Source: Prorocentrum cordatum (Eukaryota). Taken from it: a DNA stretch of 64,000 nucleotides. Position numbers and translations under genes: made by a program. Under the pieces are notes generated by a model. It saw nothing but the letters and a program-made list of their open reading frames with translations. It did not search any database and was not told where the DNA came from. Below, piece by piece: positions 13,381 to 32,593 of the stretch. Numbering within the stretch: position 1 is the stretch's first letter; the number at the start of each line of letters is the position of its first letter. Where the stretch lies: NCBI GenBank assembly GCA_963575745.1, contig CAUYUJ010000092.1:186001-250000 (forward strand). Reading direction: 5' to 3'.

Positions 13381-15639
13381 ATTCGTTTATTGCTTCTTTT
13401 TCTGTTCAAGTCCGCTGCTTCATAAATTCGTCCTCTGTGTAGTAGAACATGTAACAGTTAGATCTGTGACATCTCTGTCTCTCGGTATATCTCTCTCTCT
13501 CTCTCTCGTTCTCTGTCGCTCTCTCTCTCTCTCTTTCTCCATCTCTCTCTCTCTCTCTCTCTCTCCCTGTTTATTTCTATGTTTTATGTTGTTGTTGCGG
13601 AACTTCTCAACGACGCGGTTTGATGTTCCATGTGAGGTATTGTGTTCATGTGTCATATGTTGAAGTTGCTGCGAGGGCTATGCAGCAAGCGCACATGTTG
13701 TGTTGTGGGCAGTGAAACTGTTGTTTCTTTGATTTGTTTCTCGGATGGCCTCCGGCCCATCCCGCCACCACGCTTGGCTTCTGAGCTTGAGGTGCCCTGG
13801 ATGCATACCAGGGTATGTTGGGATGCCTGTCGGGGGCCTCTCAGAGGCGTATTGGTTGTCCCTCTTGGGGGCGTCTTGGGGCCCTCTTGGGGACATCCCA
13901 GGGACCTCTTGGAGCAGAAAGCTCGGAATTGTTGTTCGTGGTCCCCTTCTTGGGCCCCGTCTTGAGGGCCTCTTTGGCCGTCGTGTGGCGGTCGTGAGGG
14001 CTTCTTGAGCCGTCTCGGAGCGCCGAGAAGCTAAAAAGGTGAGAAAGTGCCACGGAAAGGGGCGATGAGGGGATGTTGTATGCACTACATTCCCGTTGCC
14101 ACTTGGGCCCAAGGAGTGCACACCCGACTTGCTTGTGTATTGTACGCTTGCGCGCTGGACACAATTTGCGGGGTGGTGTGAACAAGGACCCCTCCTTACA
14201 TCGCCCCAATTATCTCCCAACAGTGAGCTTTCACCCATGTTCATTTCGACTTGGTAGCGGAGCTGTCAGATCCTTTCTGGCTGCTCTGCAAGCCACTCTC
14301 GCTGAAGCCCTGCTGCTGGCATTCATCACGTGCGGGGCGCTGCTCTCACGAACGGCGGCATATCCAGGGACATTTGTCCCAGCACTCGACACTGACGAGG
14401 CGCGATCCAGACCAGCTGCGAGGCCTACCACCACAAGGACAGGTACTGGAACGCGACCACTGCCACGACTCCGATACGATTTGTTTCTTTCAGATGGATC
14501 GAAGCAGTTCGACCTGACGTCTCGCCGTAGCAACACACGCGCGGTGGCCCGACTCATCCGTCTCCCACGGGTCGTTTCACAGGGACCCCACCGACGGATT
14601 GCGCACCATCGATCCCAGCTACCCTTCCGACGGATCACGTAACCGTGACCCCCACGCCGTCATCCACCACAAGCAGTTTGAGATCGACCACCTCGATTTT
14701 CTTCACAAATCGGTGGGACGTTGCCGTTTCCTACGGTATTGCCTCAGCAGAATTTGGCAGTTGGATAGCATGTGCGATGAGGGACCCCGACAGCACCAAT
14801 GGACCACCATAGGGCCCAGCCAGCAGGCGGTGGCCCTTCAGCGAGGACTGCACGGTCTAGCACTCATAACGCTAATCATCGTGGTCAATTTCGACGCCCA
14901 TATCGAGGGCGTCCACACAGACCCTGCGACGGACTTCCCATTGTTTCTGTTTGCAGCGGTTCGAGGCCCTCGAGGCCGAACGCCAGCTGCAACAAGGTTT
15001 GGAGTCACTAGACATCAGCACGGGCTTGAACGAGCGCATCGACCACGTCTTGGCCCGCTGGGAGGTTGCCCACTGGGAGGCTTCCGCGGCTAGATTTGAC
15101 ATCCAGAGTAGCCAGCTAGTATCAACGCAACTACCACGAGCACTAGGCCTACCTCCAAACGGAGCAGTATTTCTTTCGCAGAACTACGACAATCAGATGT
15201 CACAGTTTCAGCAGCAATGCAACCACTTGGCGGAGACAATGTGGCACCAGAGGCACAGATATGAGCGCACCCCTGGCAACGACCCCCAGATCCCCAACGA
15301 TCAGAACCGCTCCGACATCCACCTCGCCGCGACCAAGGAGCCCCGGGCGCTACTCGCAGGGGGTCGCAGCGACGCGAACCCAGGAGGGCTTGCCCTTGAA
15401 GCCTGGGGGCCACATCGAACTTCTGGGGCTCAGGCTTACCAACAGCAGCATTCACCCCAGGGAATCTTGGCCCGAATGCGACTGCCAGCAATTTTGAAGC
15501 GACACTATTCGGCGCTCCAGTGGATGACGACTGCGGCGCAGACACAGCCGCTATATCCCCCTTGGGAGATACTGCTTACGACTGGGCAGATACACAAGAC
15601 ATGGGCTACAGCCAAGCGGCTCAAGAATTGTTGTGGCTG

Positions 15640-15980
15640 AGGCAGCGCGCCGACGGGCCGCTGGCGCCGCTGCGTGCGCGAGCCTGCGCGTTGAGTGCGC
15701 AGGTTCCCGAAGCGCGAGCTGATGACGAAAGGCCAAGGCAAGGGGCGACGTCGTCGCCTGACAGGTCGCGGCCTCACGGCCCGCATGGCGGCCTCATCCC
15801 AATACGCATGCGAAGAGCTATTCTTCGGTGGGCGCGGCCGCTCCCAGGGGCGCGGCAACGGCCGCGGGCCCGCCGGCGCGCGAGCGGGGCGCCAACAGGA
15901 ACCGAGCGGGAGAATGGGCCGGACATTGAAATGGCCCAATTGCGAAGACCCGAGGCATCTCGCAAGAGACTGCCCGGGAC
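15640..15980 (+). pseudogene. Gag/nucleocapsid-like remnant with a degenerate CCHC zinc knuckle
   Basis: ORF 15695..16081 has a GR/GK-rich tract followed by W-PN-C-EDPR-H-LARD-C. This is CX2CX4HX4C spacing with W replacing the first Cys (one base change from TGY). Confidence 0.5.
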
Positions 15981-15985
15981 GCATC

Positions 15986-16184
15986 AGAGAGTGCCAGGGA
16001 CGCGTCAGGGCGCCAACGGAGGCTCGGGAAGAGACGGCGATGAGCGCAGGTAGGCGCTACGAGAGGGGGGGGCGTGTTTAGAATGACACCAGAGAAAAAC
16101 CACAATCAGTGGATGGTTTTCGCTGAGGAGATCGACCGGGATACCGGGAGCCTAGGAACCCAGAACCCACCGAAATCGGCCCGG
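15986..16184 (+). repeat. ~200-bp dispersed direct repeat, copy 2
   Basis: Matches 11692-11890. Confidence 0.9.
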
Positions 16185-16199
16185 CACGGGCATTGGGGG

Positions 16200-19100
16200 C
16201 CGACGCGTCTACAACAGCGACCGCGATGACAGGCCTCGCCGAGCACAGCGACCCCGCGGACTTCGACCCGATTGAGCAGATTTACCCCACCACCGACCAA
16301 GAGGAGGTCTCGTAGTACTTCTGTCTCACCCTCTTATGGTTCGTCAGCCCTGAGACCACCGGCGTAGAACAAGAAGCAGCACAACAAGCACAACGATAAC
16401 AACAAGCAGAGAGCACCAGGGCCAAAATGCAGCACGCCTCATCATGGCAAATGCGACCGGGTCCACAGACTGGAGTCCACAGAGCCAACCAGCATCACCA
16501 GCTACGTATCAGCACGGGTGAGCGGCACCAGCAAGCCACGCAAGCTTACATGCAGCGCCAGTTTGAGACGTCACGCATATACAAAACAGCACAGATGCAA
16601 TCTGAAAGATGGCATGCCGAACGGGAAGATGCACGCACTGCTTCACTGAGACAGGCGACTGTTGACCAAGGAAAAAAATTGCATCAGTACTTCCACCAAT
16701 GGACCAGCCAGCGCCAGGATTGGCCCACGGCATCGAGGACGAATTGATCGACCATGAGCGCCAACATCGAGAAGAAGAACGACACGAAGTACAAGTGCAA
16801 GACGAAGTTCAACGGATTCCGGACGAGCTCGGGCACATCTTCGGCGACGGGTTTGACGGCATGGACGACGTTGAGAACCGCGCCATCCCACCTTTGACTT
16901 GCATGCTATACAGCAGTTCACGGATACTAACCTGCATAACAACCGCATCGTTGCGGATCACCAGTTCGAGTCGAATCATCACCGAACCGCCGTTGATGCC
17001 GACAGATGTATTTTCTGGCAAACCTCCCCCACCCCCCCCACTCCACAACGCCACGCTCGCAAAAAAGAGAACCGCCGACCACCAGCAGGCGATGCGCCGC
17101 AATGCATCAGCGCACCGCAACAACACGGGACAGTTGAGCAATACGAAGCACTGCAACACTTCGCCGAGGTGCAGCCCTTAGCCCTACAGCGCAAGGTCAT
17201 CGCCAGGTCAAGCCCTAGCGATCGACCGCGAGCCCCCCGCTCGCCCCCTAGGCACGCATCGCAGTATTCACTGGCAGCGGCCGGGGCCTCGGAGGCCGCG
17301 ACGGCGTCAGCAGATCCTCAGCGCGAGGCCGACCTACTGGGACCAAAAAACTGGCAGCCGACTCATCCCCAGCGGTGGCGCGGTCGAGTGCAGACACGCC
17401 CGCGGCGCCGCCCCACTCGACGGCCGCTGACGCAGTTCTCGGCCCCACAACCTCACTTGACCAGACTGGAGAGGTCAGTGCTTTTAGACAGGTTCCACGA
17501 GAGAACCCAGAGCACAGTAGAGCAAGCCGCGCGACTCCCGCTCTCCGCGCGGCTAGCAGGCTCATTCACCACATCCGGCAGCCCTCGCCAGACAACCAGT
17601 ATAACCAGCCTTACGTTACACGCAGCCACATTTGCAGCACTCAACCTTTACAATCAGCAACGACCGACATGTTCCTTAATCCTCACGTGCCCAGATGGCC
17701 CACTACAACGAATCAAATTAGATTCAGCGCGGGCAGCTGTCAAATACGACGAGCACGTGCCAGCGCCATGCGCGGCCGCGATGCGGGCAGCATCCCCCGC
17801 GGCATCTACAACGCTGCCGACCGCGACAGCCCAGACGGCGCAAGAGTAGAGCTCGCAGCCATTGCCCTGGCAGTTTTCTTCGCGGCGCAGCAGGCGCCGC
17901 ACCTAAGCAGAAGCATGGTGACTCTGCCAGCGCCAGACATACACTAACCCATTTCGCACAGCGACGACCCAGTCATCGGGATAGCTCAGACTTTTCATTA
18001 GCAGACCAGAGAGCTCACAGCATCACATTGTTTTACGTACAGAACCACGACGGACATCCATGGAATGAATTGGCAGACGCATCAGCAGAGCGCCATGCAA
18101 CATTACACTCGGACCCAGAATCGGCAATATTGACGGACAGCAGAGACCCAAAGCCAGAAGACGCTGAATATCGTCAGTTGCAGACCATTCTCTACGGTTC
18201 TGGACCACGCGCCAGAAGAACACCACGACGAATTACCCTGCATATACCATGATATTGAGCGGCGGGCTTCTATTATGAAACCGCCACTCATGTTGAACAA
18301 CCACCGCTTACAACCACCATGGCGACTTGCAGCAACTCGACAAGACTAGCACGAACAACTCACCGACGGCAGCGCCACAACCACAATACATAAGTCTAAC
18401 GATCGTAACCTATAATGTACAAAGTGCGAAGTTCGAGGCCATAAGCGAAGGTGCACAAGCCCACAACCAGACCGCTATACAGCGCATGACGAGAGGACAG
18501 CACATGCGAGCACGATCACTGCTCTAGAGGAGCAGAGGGAACAACAGCAAGGAACGACTACAGCACTGCCGACACGTCGATGCAATTTAATTTATTACAC
18601 CACAATTCCCATTCAAACTAGAATGCAGTTTATTAGTTCCCACAGCGTTGCTTAACGCAACCACTCCAAAGCGAACATCTTATGCCAAGCACGGGCACTG
18701 CAGAGTCCTACACTCCTCGCACAGACTGCTCATCGTCAAGCTCGCGGCCTCACTCATATCAGAGAGTACACGCGTAGCTCGCACACCAGACTTGCACCGC
18801 GATGCGCGCCACACTGCGCAGCGGTGGCAAACCTTTCACGACCCCACAGACACGTGACCACCTGCCATTTTACCAGCTGGTTTCAACGCGAGCATGAGCA
18901 CGACCCCATCACCTGGCCCAGGGACCGTCGCACCTCCTACACACCCGCAAAAGTTGACGACGACAACGCTGCACAGGCCAGGTTCACCACGGCAGCAAAC
19001 AACCCCACGCGCATCAATTCGGTACAGCACCACGAACCCGCGCACACATTCGTTGAAAAGCCCAAAAGCAAAACCGCCTTCCAAATAAACGACTGCATTG

Positions 19101-20160
19101 ACACACGCAATGACAGGACGCCATGAGTCACCGACTTTCACATCGACTGCGCCCACGACTCGGGACAAAAAACGAGGATCACTGCCCAGTCAATTTCACT
19201 CACCATTGAGCACACGCGTCAGCACAATCAGACACGAATGGAACTACTACAACCGCTTCACGACGCCACGAAGACGCAGGAGCCAGAACGCCAACAACAA
19301 TTGCACAACGACTTGGCAATCAGCCGCTGCCTACATGGAACACACCTGTTGACGACCATTACAGGCATGCCGCTCAAACATTTCAGCTCGCAGCCGCTGA
19401 ATGTTTCCCCACCGACGGGTTCACTCCGAATCAGAATATGTTTCTGCAGACGCGATGAAGCCGATTGGACTCCAACGACACGCAGTAGCAGTCCTACGAC
19501 TAGAACGGCGCACTACTACGAGCACCACGCTTTACAAGCTCTATCAGAAAATCGACTATTACTTTACAGGCAGACTCACTGACTACCACACCAACCAGCT
19601 CAACCTTGCACTACACTCTGCATCAACAGGTCCACCATACAATTCCGAAAAGGCGGTGCGGACCTCCCTGCGCAAACACGCACACCACTAGCACACCAAC
19701 TACGACAGGACAGACCAAACCACCTCACAGTATGATCCACTTCGTTCCAACGCTTCCACGACTAACACGAGCAAATTGCGGCATGGCATTACGCTAAAGC
19801 ATCTCTTAGCTATGGCCCTAGCACCAGGAAGAGAGCAACCAGGGCTCAGACCATGCCATACTTCACAGACCACGGCAAAGTATTCGAGAACGACCAACAA
19901 CAGGGCGAAGAATTCGCCAGATACTTCGCACGACAAGAAGAAGCGATTACCACAGACAACGAAAGAGTCCAAATGTTTTACACTGACATGACCTACGCCC
20001 AGCACGCCAGGTAGATTCGAGTACGTCATCACATTGCCACGCAGTACGACACCCATCAAGAAAGCCAAACGGATGAAGCAACGTGGGCTCGACCGAATTA
20101 CCACCGACCTGCTCACGGCACGGGCAAGATAAGTTGTCATCAACGCCGGCAGTCGAGCTT
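16200..20160 (+). mobile_element. Heavily decayed, 3'-truncated LINE-like element (RNase H-like, APE endonuclease-like and pre-RT remnants)
   Basis: The strand is A/C-skewed. Remnants in order: TAQTA..ELAAIALA and HDGHPWNELADASA (RNase H-like), LTIVTYNVQS and SSHRLLIVKL (APE-like), KQRGLDRITTDLL (KAPGPDGI-like). Many stops and frameshifts. Confidence 0.6.
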
Positions 20161-21557
20161 TGAGTCTCTGGAGGCTTCTAGGATCCTGTAGAGTCCCCTC
20201 CGCCCCCCTCCCCGCTCTCCCTCCCCGCGCGCTGGCCCAGCGGCAGCCCCGCCGAGCAGCGCCGCGAGCGCCGCCCGGCGAGCGCGAGCGCCTGGCGCAG
20301 ATGCTCGGCACGCCGCCGTCGCCCGAGGCGCCGCCCGTCGCAGCGGCGCCGCGGAGCTTCGCGGTCGTCCCCTCGCAGGTCGGCGGGCCCGAGGAGGGCA
20401 TGGGCAACGACAGAGGGGGGGGGGAGCTGGCTGGTTGAGGGGCGGGGGTGGAGCATCGACCCTCCATCTCCAGGCCTCCCAGGTGGGCTCCGAGCGGACG
20501 GGGTCGAAAGGTGGCACCGCATCGCCGACGCGGCGCGATGTGGAGTCCTGCCTTCGCCACCCCGACGTCGCTGCTGCATCGCTGACGTCGCCGATGCAGT
20601 GTCAGTGCATCGGCGATGCATCGGCGATGCGGCGCTATCCTCCGACACCATCTGCCCGGACCCGGGAGGCTACTAGGAGGTTTCTGCAATCAACTCCTCA
20701 CCTTTCTCCTCCTCTTCCTCCTCTACCGGGACCCATCCTCCTCCTCATCCTCCCAGGAAGCTTCTACAATCACCCTGTCATCGCCAGCCGGAGCCTGGGC
20801 CCCCCGCTCAGCCCAGGAGCGTGTGCTTTTGTTTGCGGTCGGGGGCCTAGCGTTGGGCACTGTCGAATGGAAAACGAGCGCCACAGTCGCACGCCGTTCA
20901 AGCGAGAGCACAGTCTTGGAAATAAGCTGCCTAGCTGAAGAGGTGCCACGGGTAGGGTCACAACGCTTCACGGCGTGTGCAGCGGAATGCTGTCTTTGAA
21001 AAAGGCCGTCTTCCATCCGTCGGTAATGTATCGCCACCCTGGGCCAGTCCCCCCGTCGACTCCCCTCAGGGCGGAGCATGGGGAGCCAGGAGGAGAGGGG
21101 GAGAGGAGGGGAGGTAGACAGGGTGTGCACGTGCACTGCCCCGTGTATCTGCTTGTGGGTATATGTGCACATCTGTGTGTGCGTGAGCACACGCGCGTAA
21201 GACGAGCTGCGCCGCCGTACATAGCGTGTGCGCGTACAGATGCGCAGGCGTAGTCATGTGCATGTGTTGCCTGCGCGTGCATGTTTTACAGGTGTGCGTG
21301 CGTGTGCATGTGCTACACATTTGCGTGCGGTACACGTACATGTGTTGTTGTTACATGTGTTACATGTGTTACGTGTGTGCATGTGCCTGTACGCATATAT
21401 GCATGCGGTCATGTGTGTGTGCGTGTGCGTGCGTGTGCTGCCTGTGCGTGCACGTGCTGCACACGCGTGCCTGCGCACGGCTGCCCCAGGGCCGGTGCCC
21501 CCCGGGCGTCTCCGGGGCTGGCCCTCCTTCCCAGGGCCTCTCCAAGACCCTCGGCTC

Positions 21558-21677
21558 TCCTCCTCCTCCTCCTCCTCCTCCTCCGCCTCCTCCTCCTCCT
21601 CCTCCTCCTCCTCCTCCTCCTCCTCCTCCTCCTCCTCCTCCTCCTCCTCCTCCTCCTCCTCCTCCTCCTCCTCCTCC
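21558..21677. repeat. (CCT)n microsatellite, preceded by an alternating purine-pyrimidine tract at ~21120-21480
   Basis: Direct reading. Confidence 0.95.
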
Positions 21678-23062
21678 CCTCCGTGCATGGGAGGGCCCAG
21701 GGCGTTCCCGGGGCGCCCCCGGGGCTCTCCCGCGCACGTGCGCTGCTCCTCCTGCAGGCCTGCGCGCCGCTGCCGGCGGGCGAGCCGTGCGTGCTGAGGC
21801 CCGACTGCTTCTCGGGCGGCCGAGGCCGTCGCGGTGCTGCTCCTGCTCCTGGGGCGGTGCTAGAGCAGCGCAGCGCAGAGGGGCTCCATCCCTCCCTCCA
21901 CGGGGGAGGGGAGGGGAGGGAGGAATGGGGGAGGGAAGGAAAGGGAGGGAGGGAAGGGAGGGGAGGGGACGGAGGGAAAGGAGGGAAGGGAAGGAAGGGC
22001 GGCAAGGAGGTAGGAAGAGCGGGCCAAGACAGCTCCCTCTCCCACCTCCCTCGCCCCCTTCCCCTCACTTCCGTGGGCTAGGCAGGAATGAAGGGCGCGG
22101 AAGCAGGGAGAGGTGAGTACGGAGGAGGAAGGGAGGAGGACGTAGGAGAGCACAAGGACAATGCAAGAGGAGGGAAGAGGAGGGAGCAAGGATGGAGGAT
22201 GGAGGTCAGAGGGACAAGGCAGCATGGGTCAGCGATGAGGGGGATGGAGATGGGAGAGGTGAAAAGAGGAAGGATGATACTTATAATGAAGATTGTGGTG
22301 CTGGTAGTGATGATGGTGGTGCTGTAGTTGATGGCGAAGCGGAGAAAACAAGAGAAGGAGGACGAGGAGAGATAAGGCGGGAGGAGAAAGAGGCGGAAGT
22401 AGGGGGAGGGCGGAGTGTGGAGGGGAGCGGCAGGGAGACGATGAAGAGGAGGAGCGGAACAAGGGGGAAGAGGATCACAATGATGATTGCGATGATGGTA
22501 CGGAGGGTGGTCATTGGGACGATGAGAGCGGTGACGAGGATGAATGCGAATGAGGCGGATGAGGAGGATAAGGAGTGGGCGAAGGACCCGAGTCAACACC
22601 GCACTCACTGCTGATGCTGCAATACGCCCTCCGGTACTAGGCCCACACCTCATGCGCAAGTCATTACAAGTGTGGAAGGTCAGGCCCCCCGTGGCATAAG
22701 GTCATTGAGACGCCTACTACTTACGGCTTGGACAGGATAGGATTGGGTCACGCGCTTCATTGGAGAATAGGAAGGAGGCCCAGGGCATTAAGGCTGTATG
22801 GGCCTGGTGTCACTTCGCTGCGCACGCAAGATACGGTGGCGGATAAGGAATCGGGATGGCAGGTGAGGCGTGAGGGAGAGGAAGAGTGTTGGCCACTGTG
22901 AAAGGCACGGGGCAGAGCATGGAGCTGGAGAGAAGAACAGGGAAGGCACGGAACAGGGCGGAGGAATATGGAGTGGAAGAAGCCGGGCGGGGGAGGGGGA
23001 GGGGGAATGTATGTTCGCAGGGGAACGGGATAGCAGACGGGGAAGGGGGGATGACGATGGCG

Positions 23063-23790
23063 GAGGAGGAGGAGGAGGAGGAAAAACGAATGCGCGTTGA
23101 GGAAGGAGGAGGGGGAGGAGGAGGAGGAGGAGGAGGAGGAGGAGGAGGAGGAGGAGGAGGAGAAGGAGGAGGAGGAGGAGGAGAGGGGAGGAGGAGGAGG
23201 AGGAGGAGGAGGAGGAGGAGGGAAGAGGAGGAGGAGGAGGAGGAGGAGGAGGAGGAGGAGGAGGAGGAGGGTGGAATCGTGCAAAATAGAGAGGGTATTG
23301 AAGAGAGGAGCGATGAATGAGGATTGGTGAGGAGCACGAGGGAGAGAAAGAAATTCACGGGTGGAATGGGGAAGGGATGATGGATAGTGTGATAGGGGGA
23401 GGGAGGAGCAGAGAGAAGGCGGGATGATAGTGGAGCGAGGAACGGGGAGCGAGTTGCGAAGAGCGGGGGTGCATTGAGCAGGGCGATCAAGAGCGAGGGA
23501 GGACAAATGAGGAGCGAGGGGTGATGAGCGAGGAGGCGGGAGGGGAGGAGAAAACTGAGGAGGAGGAGGAGGCGGAGGAGGAGAAGGATGAGCAGGAGGA
23601 GGAAGACGAGGAGGAGGAGGAGGAGGAGGAGGAGGAGGAGGAGGAGGAGGAGGACCAGTAGGAGGAGCAGCATGGGGATGGAATGTGTATGGAGGGAGGG
23701 GAGGAGGAGGGAGGGAGATTGGTGGACGGAGGCGCATAGGGCAGTTTGGAGGAAGCGAGGAGGAGGAGGAGGAAGAAGAAGAAGAAGCAG
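23063..23790. repeat. (GGA)n-rich low-complexity region
   Basis: Direct reading. Confidence 0.95.
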
Positions 23791-24944
23791 AAGGCAGCTC
23801 GGAGCTCAGGCGGAAGCGCGGACGACGTCTTTGCACGCTTCGCAGAGATAGACCGCAAGCTCGACGTCGCCGTGAGCAAGCTGGAGGTAGTCTGACATCC
23901 AACTCAGGGTGTCAGTGTGGCTGTCCCGCCGTCTCCTTCCCACGGAAGCTTCGAGGGGGCCGAGGAGGACGTTGCAGCCCGCCGGCGTGCAACCGCCAGA
24001 GATGTTCCAGACGTTCTGCTTCTAAAATTGCGCCCAAATGATGAGTTCGCCTCCAAGTCGGCCGGGAGGCTTGTCAGAAGCTCCGCGGGGACCCCAGGAG
24101 GATACCCAAGACGTCCTTTTGACGGGAAAACCATTGGTGCCCCATGAGGCGTGTTGAAGATGTCGGTGTGTTTCTTCTTTTGGAGCGAAGGGCGTCTGCG
24201 ACAGCCCACGAGGCTTCCAGAATCGACTCGCGTGGCTTTCTGGCGGACCCGAGAAACCCAAAGAGGGCCCCAATACGCTTCCAAGACGGAACGAAGAGAC
24301 CCAAAGCGCATCCAAGAAGGGAAGGATATCCCCAAGAGGCTTACATGAAGCCCCGAGAAAGACGCGCCAGAGGATGCAGGTCGCATTGCAGATCACAATG
24401 GTTGGGTGATTTTTGAGTTCCAGCTTTTCCCGCCTTAAGAGAGGAGCGACAACACAAGGGGCTATCAGGATCGCCTCAAGGTGGCTCAAATGGGCCCCGC
24501 GAGGCTTTCCGGCGGGCCCAAGCAATCGCCCCAAAAGCCCAACAGCATGCCATGAGGGCCCCAAGGCGGCCCCGAGAATGCCTTCGAGGGGTCCAAAGTC
24601 ATGCCAGCGAGCCTCTTCATGTGAGCCCGCGGCATATGCACGGGGAGCCCCACGGAGGGCCCCTATAGGAGGCTCCGAGGCGCCCCCCCCCAGAGTTGAA
24701 ACAGCGTTCCAGAGTGGACCAGATGGCGCCTGTGCTGCCCGGGGATTGTCTGGTAGTAAATGCCCAGCGACAGTAAAAAAACACGATGGCAAATGCCGTG
24801 CCATCCGAAACGCAGCACGACATGCAAATCGAAGTACCTTGCGCCATTCCGCCGCCCCCCCCAGAAGGAGCGAGAGCTTGCGACGTTCTTGGAAGTTATC
24901 CAGTGGGTCACGAGCAGCTTGGATACACATAATGAGGCTCGCAG

Positions 24945-25580
24945 GAAGCCTCTCAAGGGGCCTCTTCGAGGCCTCTTGGCGGCATCTGGGGGGAGGCCTC
25001 TTGGGCTTTCTTGGAGGCCTCTTGGGGGTGGGGGCCTCCTAGGGACGCCTCGGAGGCCTCTTGTGACACCTTGTGGATCTTAGGGCCTCTTGGGGCTCTC
25101 CTGGGCCGCCTTGGGGGCCCCTGCGGCCGTCGTGGGGCCCTCTGGGAGGCCTCAGTTGCCTTGTTGGAACAATCTCTTGGGGCTCCTTGGGCCGTCGTGG
25201 ACGCTGCCAAGAGGAAAAAGGCGAATATATTTTGCCTTCGGCCCATCCCGCCACCGTGCGTTGGGTGTGGGTGGGTCCGAGTTCTCAGGGGGTCTTCTTG
25301 AGGTCTCTTCGGAGCGCTCTCGGGGGCCTCTTGGGGGCAGTGCTGGGGCCTCTGGGGGGCCTCTTGGGAGCCTCTCGGGAGCCTCTTGGGGGCCTCTTGG
25401 GGGCCACGGGGGGACCTCGTGGGGGCTCCTGGTGGGCCCTTCGGGGCTGAGGGCTCGACACGTCCGTTCGGTTCCCCCATATGGGCCCCCTCTTGGGGCC
25501 GTCAGTTGGGCCTCTTGGGCCGCCCTGGGCACCTCTTGGGCCGTCGTGAGGCCCAATTGGGCCGTTTTGGGGACCTCTTA
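24945..25580. repeat. GGCCTCTTGG/GGCCGTCTTGG satellite patch
   Basis: Same ~10-11-bp motif family as 27.3-32.9 kb. Confidence 0.85.
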
Positions 25581-27136
25581 CGCACAACGACCTGCCCCTG
25601 AGTGTAAGCAAGACTTAACACAATTCCGCAGGTCAAATTTCGAATCGAAGTGCAAATCCACGTATAATCGAAACGTGCATCGAGCAGCGAATCGACATGC
25701 ACATCAAAGTGAAAGCCCCCGTCCCCCTCCCAAACTTCCTTATAACCTGAGGGGCGGTCTACGTATGACGTGCTCATGTACACCTGTCTCAATAATCAGC
25801 TAGGCCATTCGGTCGGTAGGTCCTTCGTTGGATTGTTCGCTGATTGATTAGGCGGAGGAGGGGGAGAAGGACGATAAGGCGCTGTTTCCGCTGCACGGGT
25901 CCTTCTGGTCTCTGGCTACCAAGATTGGCCGCCCTTGCGGAGGAGGCACAACCGATATGTGTAGTCTTCGCTTGTTGTATGATTGTATACATATATATAT
26001 ATATACATACATACACGTGTATTTATATATATATATACACATATATGCAATTCGTTGGGCAGTGCGTTTGTATAATCGTGATGGTACTGATGAGTATGAG
26101 GAGGCGGAGGATGAGGAGGTGGAGGAGGAGGAGGAGGAGAAGGGGGTAGGATAAGGGGACGACGAGCAGCGCGTGGAGAGACGAAGGGGAGGAGGATGCC
26201 TGGATGGACGTGAAGCAGGGATGGAGGGGAGGGCGCAGGGATGACGGAGGGCGGGAAGGAAGAAACAGAGCATGGGAGGAAGGCGGGAACAGGGTAGAGG
26301 AGAACGGCCGCTCGAATTTTACGTAGAGCGGGGTTGTCGAGGAAGATGTGCTCACCACTTGGGTGTAGATGTCTGCCTCTGCGCCGACTGGCGGCCAGCC
26401 AGCGAACGCAGCGCCGACATTGTCACATGTATCGCCGCCTTCGCGGTGCCTCCGCCACAGCTTCTAGCAGGGATTTGCCGGCTTCACCCCAACATACTAA
26501 TACTACGTGGTGCGCGCTTTCTGGCCACAAAGCTCGGGAAACGATATGCTACCAAATGGGTTTACTACATGTTCGGGTCGGGCGCGCACCTCCAAGGAGA
26601 ACATACAGTGTTAGTGTGTCCGCGTGCATCTGATTTTGGGCGGAGGAGACCCACGCGGCTTTCCACGTCACACTGGGATGTGAGGCGGCTTCAGGTGCCA
26701 AGGCGCGCGAGGGGGGGCTGAGAGCACCGCTGCGTCGACTGGCCTTCCCAAGGTTGGGACAACGAGTGCCGTTGGCAGCTCGATGCGTGGCCGTGCGTCT
26801 TCGGAGCCGCCATGGCAGGTGCCAACTGAACATCGAGGTGCGTTGACTCAATTGGTTTGACGTGCACCATGACGGCGATTCCATCTAGCATCGAGGATAA
26901 GAAGCATATGTGTCCGTGCTCCCACCCATCGGTCCACTCACCGACGATCCCTCAGTTCCTCTCACCTGCCGTAAGACTTGTCCGGGTCGTCCGTTCGGTC
27001 GATTGAAGTTCTGTGGGGCGGTGATTAGATGGCCACTCATTGGCTGCATTAGCGAGCCTTCAACGATAATTCTCATTAAACACAGCCTCGCTGGACATGT
27101 CTACATATATGTATATATACACACAGACTTAATACA

Positions 27137-32593
<5,457 letters not shown>

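Noticed and set aside
21226..23902. Poly-Pro/Glu/Leu/Arg ORFs
   Set aside because: Microsatellite translations with no domain content; the same applies at 1.6-2.8, 4.1-4.3, 33.4-34.5 and 54.3-54.4 kb.
26270..27060. Possible LINE 3' remnant
   Set aside because: No convincing motifs in any frame.
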